Shown: one piece after another, positions 27,418-29,565 of the stretch
How the letters are laid out: every line of letters starts with the position of its first letter
Numbering within the stretch: the first letter of the stretch is position 1
Position numbers and translations under genes: made by a program
Source: a virus
Taxonomy: Duplodnaviria; Caudoviricetes
Virus record (IMG/VR): IMGVR_UViG_3300023214_000450
Coordinates: 1 to 29,565 of that record
Length of the DNA stretch: 29,565 bases
Reading direction: 5' to 3' (one strand)
The notes under the pieces: generated by a model
The model's database searches: none
The model's input: only the letters and a program-made list of their open reading frames with translations
What the model was told of the DNA's origin: nothing

Positions 27418-27448
27418 AAGTTAGACGACGTCGGCCGAGACCTGTCAA
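27418..27448 (-). promoter_or_regulatory. Putative promoter of the thiamine cassette
   Basis: Perfect TTGACA (27443-27448) and TAACTT just upstream of the riboswitch; the 19-nt spacer is long, so the -10 is uncertain. Confidence 0.4.
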
Positions 27449-27499
27449 TGGAATCGCTTTCCGTGCTTGACCGTAGTGGGGACATTCCGTGGTCAGCCT

Positions 27500-27796
27500 G
27501 TCCCAACCTCCCCCGTGGTCCCAACCCTGTCCCAACCTCCCGAGGGGGTTGGGGACACGAAAAGCCATTCAAAAACAACGGTGTCCCCAACCTCACCCCG
27601 TGGTCCCAACCTTTTGCTACACATTCATGTGGGAGAACGGAAAAGGTCGGGAACATGTTTTTCTATACGAAAAGAGAAGGACCCCCGTTGGGGACACCGA
27701 GGTTGGGACCACATACGCTTAAGCCATTGTAGTAAATAGATAAAACGCTGTCCCAACCCCCTCGAAGGTTGGGGCCACGCGTTTGGAGGTTGGGAC
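27500..27796. repeat. Array of direct and inverted GTCCC(C)AACC repeats with AT-rich spacers; putative replication origin
   Basis: Forward copies at 27500, 27518, 27529, 27583, 27603 and 27750; inverted copies at 27547, 27686, 27701, 27767 and 27788 (some degenerate). Confidence 0.8.
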
Positions 27797-27925
27797 CGGG
27801 ACGGGCAGCGCGTCGATCGTCGCCGGCCGCGTCGTCCCTGGTCGATTTCGCTTTGGCCGAGGACCGCCGGATGCTAACTCCTGAGGCGACCGAAGCCGAA
27901 GGCCCACAGCTTGTGAGCCTTCACG

Positions 27926-28567
27926 ATGAACACACCGATCCCCGCGCAGGACGTCCGCCCCGAAGCGGACGCGATGTCCCGGTCCTGTATCCTCGCCCTC
28001 GATCTCGGCACCACGACCGGCTGGGCGCCTGGCGAACCGGCAACAACGGCCGACGCAGTCAAATGGCGGATCATCCCCGATTGGCCCGCATACGAGGTGT
28101 CATCCGAAGGGCGGGTTCGCAGGATGCGTCAGTCCAAGGGCGCGAAAGCGGGCCGCGTCCTCCGCCCTTCGCTCAACATGAAGACCGGGTATGTCTCGGT
28201 CTGCCTTTGCGAGCGTCCGAGATCGAAGCGCATCGACGTTCACCGTCTCGTTGCCCTGACATTTCTCGGCCGCCCGCCCTCCGCGCATCATCTTGTCGCG
28301 CACAATGATGGCGATCGGACCAACAACGCCGTTGGCAACCTGCGATGGGCAACGCAGGCCGAGAACCTTGCCGACTGCACGTTGCACGGCACCGCCTTGA
28401 AGGGCTCGAGGAACCCCGCGTCCGTCATCACAGAGATCGACGTTCGCGCAATCCGTCGAATGAAGATCGCCGGAATTCCACGACCAGTGATCGCCGAGGG
28501 CTACGGTCTCCATAAGCGTTCGGTGTTCAAGATCCTCGCGCGGTCCAGCTGGGAGCACGTACGATGA
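27926..28567 (+). CDS. NUMOD4/HNH homing endonuclease with C-terminal HTH, fused to a RuvC-like N-terminal stub, 213 aa
   Basis: WRIIPDWPAYEVSSEGRVR (NUMOD4-like) and VHRLVALTF...HNDGDRTNN...NLRWATQAEN (HNH); leader contains ILALDLGTTTGWA. Confidence 0.88.
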   Translation: MNTPIPAQDVRPEADAMSRSCILALDLGTTTGWAPGEPATTADAVKWRIIPDWPAYEVSSEGRVRRMRQSKGAKAGRVLRPSLNMKTGYVSVCLCERPRSKRIDVHRLVALTFLGRPPSAHHLVAHNDGDRTNNAVGNLRWATQAENLADCTLHGTALKGSRNPASVITEIDVRAIRRMKIAGIPRPVIAEGYGLHKRSVFKILARSSWEHVR

Positions 28568-29028
28568 GCATCTTGGCTTTGGACCTTGGTACGCGGACTG
28601 GATGGGCGCTTCTAACGCGTGATCGGGCAATCACGAGCGGCGTCGTCGACTTCAGGCAGGACCGGTGGCAGGGCGGCGGTATGCGCTTTCTGCGCTTCCG
28701 GGGCTGGCTGGACGAAGTCCATCGACTCTCCGGCGGTTTCGAACAGCTGATCTACGAGCAGGTTCGCCGGCATGCGGGGACGGACGCCTCCCATCTCTAC
28801 GGAGGCTGGTTGGCAATTCTCGAAGTGTGGTGCGAGCAGAACTCGGTTGCATACCAAGGCGTTCCGGTCGGCACGATCAAACGCCACGCCACCGGCAAGG
28901 GCAACGCGCCAAAGGAGGCGATGATCGCCGCGGCCAGAGCACGAGGGTTCTCGCCCGCCGACGACAATGAGGCCGACGCCATCGCCATTCTGCACTGGGC
29001 GATCGAGACGAACGGAGGCCTGGGATGA
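28564..29028 (+). CDS. Phage RuvC-like Holliday junction resolvase, 154 aa
   Basis: ILALDLGTRTGWA, YEQVRRH, IKRHATGKGNA and DDNEADAIAIL match the RNase H-fold acidic motifs. Confidence 0.8.
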   Translation: MSILALDLGTRTGWALLTRDRAITSGVVDFRQDRWQGGGMRFLRFRGWLDEVHRLSGGFEQLIYEQVRRHAGTDASHLYGGWLAILEVWCEQNSVAYQGVPVGTIKRHATGKGNAPKEAMIAAARARGFSPADDNEADAIAILHWAIETNGGLG

Positions 29029-29219
29029 GGTGGTATCCGAAAGGCTACGGCGGCTCGCGCCGGGATCCGGACCAGGTGAAGCGCGATGGCTGGCACGACG
29101 AGGGTGTGCTCGCCGTATCCGTCGAAGACGACCGGCTAACCTGGCCGGAGCGCGAGCTGGTGCGTCAGCTCGGCGAGAAGCTCTACGGAAAGCGGCAGGA
29201 GGACGGGTCTCATGCGTGA
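29025..29219 (+). CDS. Small hypothetical protein, 64 aa
   Basis: ATGA overlap with the RuvC-like gene and overlap with the next start. Confidence 0.65.
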   Translation: MRWYPKGYGGSRRDPDQVKRDGWHDEGVLAVSVEDDRLTWPERELVRQLGEKLYGKRQEDGSHA

Positions 29220-29565
29220 CTGGACAACTGCCCGCGTTCAGGACCGCCTCGAACTGGCCGCCGACGTGTTTGCGCAACTGCCGGCCGTGAAGCCGCAGGG
29301 CTATTTCAACGCGTGGCCGGAGTATTTTCACACCTTCGCGGATCAAGTCGGTCAGGAGCCTCAGATGCGTCGGCCGCGGCCGAGCCCGCGGCAGATCACG
29401 GAAGCCAAGGAAGCGATGCTCTGGCTGCGGTGGCTCGAGAAGGATGACGCACGGATCGTCTGGCTGCGCGCGAACCGGACACCGTGGAAGAAGATCGGCT
29501 GGGAGATCGGGCTGAGCCGCCCGGCCGCCAACCGGCACTGGCAGTACGGCGTCGCGCTGATCACC
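29212..29565 (+). CDS. DUF6362-like putative transcriptional regulator (partial, runs off the window; absent from the ORF track)
   Basis: Read by hand: AGGAGG RBS, then MRDWTTARVQDRLELAADV...GYFNAWPEY...WLRWLE...IVWLRA...WKKIGWEIGLSR, open to the window end. Confidence 0.75.
   Translation, partial: MRDWTTARVQDRLELAADVFAQLPAVKPQGYFNAWPEYFHTFADQVGQEPQMRRPRPSPRQITEAKEAMLWLRWLEKDDARIVWLRANRTPWKKIGWEIGLSRPAANRHWQYGVALIT

Larger units (their letters stand above)
111..29565. mobile_element. Integrated prophage-like element / genomic island adjacent to the tRNA-Ser 3' end (right boundary outside the window)
   Basis: Starts directly after the tRNA CCA; carries a large serine recombinase, phage-type replication and recombination genes, HNH and RuvC-like genes, and restriction-modification cargo. 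No second att site or virion genes are visible. Confidence 0.8.

Noticed and set aside
23574-27468. GTGCTT at 23574 and 27463 as a target-site duplication of the thi cassette
   Set aside because: A 6-bp match with undefined boundaries is expected by chance and cannot be supported without an empty-site comparison.
27500-27796. Repeat array as a CRISPR locus, with the Cas4-like gene as cas
   Set aside because: The repeats are only 9-10 bp, irregularly spaced and in both orientations; there are no cas1/cas2 or effector genes; solo Cas4-like nucleases are common in phages.

Overview
GC-rich window, probably alphaproteobacterial (inference from gene content). It opens with tRNA-Ser(TGA) at 21-110. 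The rest looks like the left part of an integrated prophage-like element that runs off the window end; no structural genes and no second att site are visible. From left to right it contains: (1) a minus-strand five-gene cargo operon encoding a ribbon-helix-helix regulator, three different amino-DNA methyltransferases (one fused to a type IIG-like nuclease domain) and a BfiI-like PLD nuclease, which is the best candidate for an undescribed defence system; (2) an integration module with a large serine recombinase, a DUF2924-like protein and two small partners; (3) a divergent regulatory and replication arm with a winged-helix protein next to a phased CCCAC array, a sigma-like protein, a Sak4-like ATPase, an SSB-like protein, a Cas4-like nuclease, a RecD/Dda-like helicase and a Toprim-VapE primase-helicase; (4) a TPP-riboswitch-controlled thiamine-salvage cassette (thiM-thiE-thiD-tenA-SDR) in opposite orientation, with tenA interrupted by an amber codon; (5) an array of about 11 direct and inverted GTCCCAACC repeats, a candidate origin; (6) an HNH endonuclease that appears to have invaded a RuvC-like gene, leaving a synonymously recoded duplicate of its 5' end. 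All family assignments come from motif recognition by eye; no searches were run.
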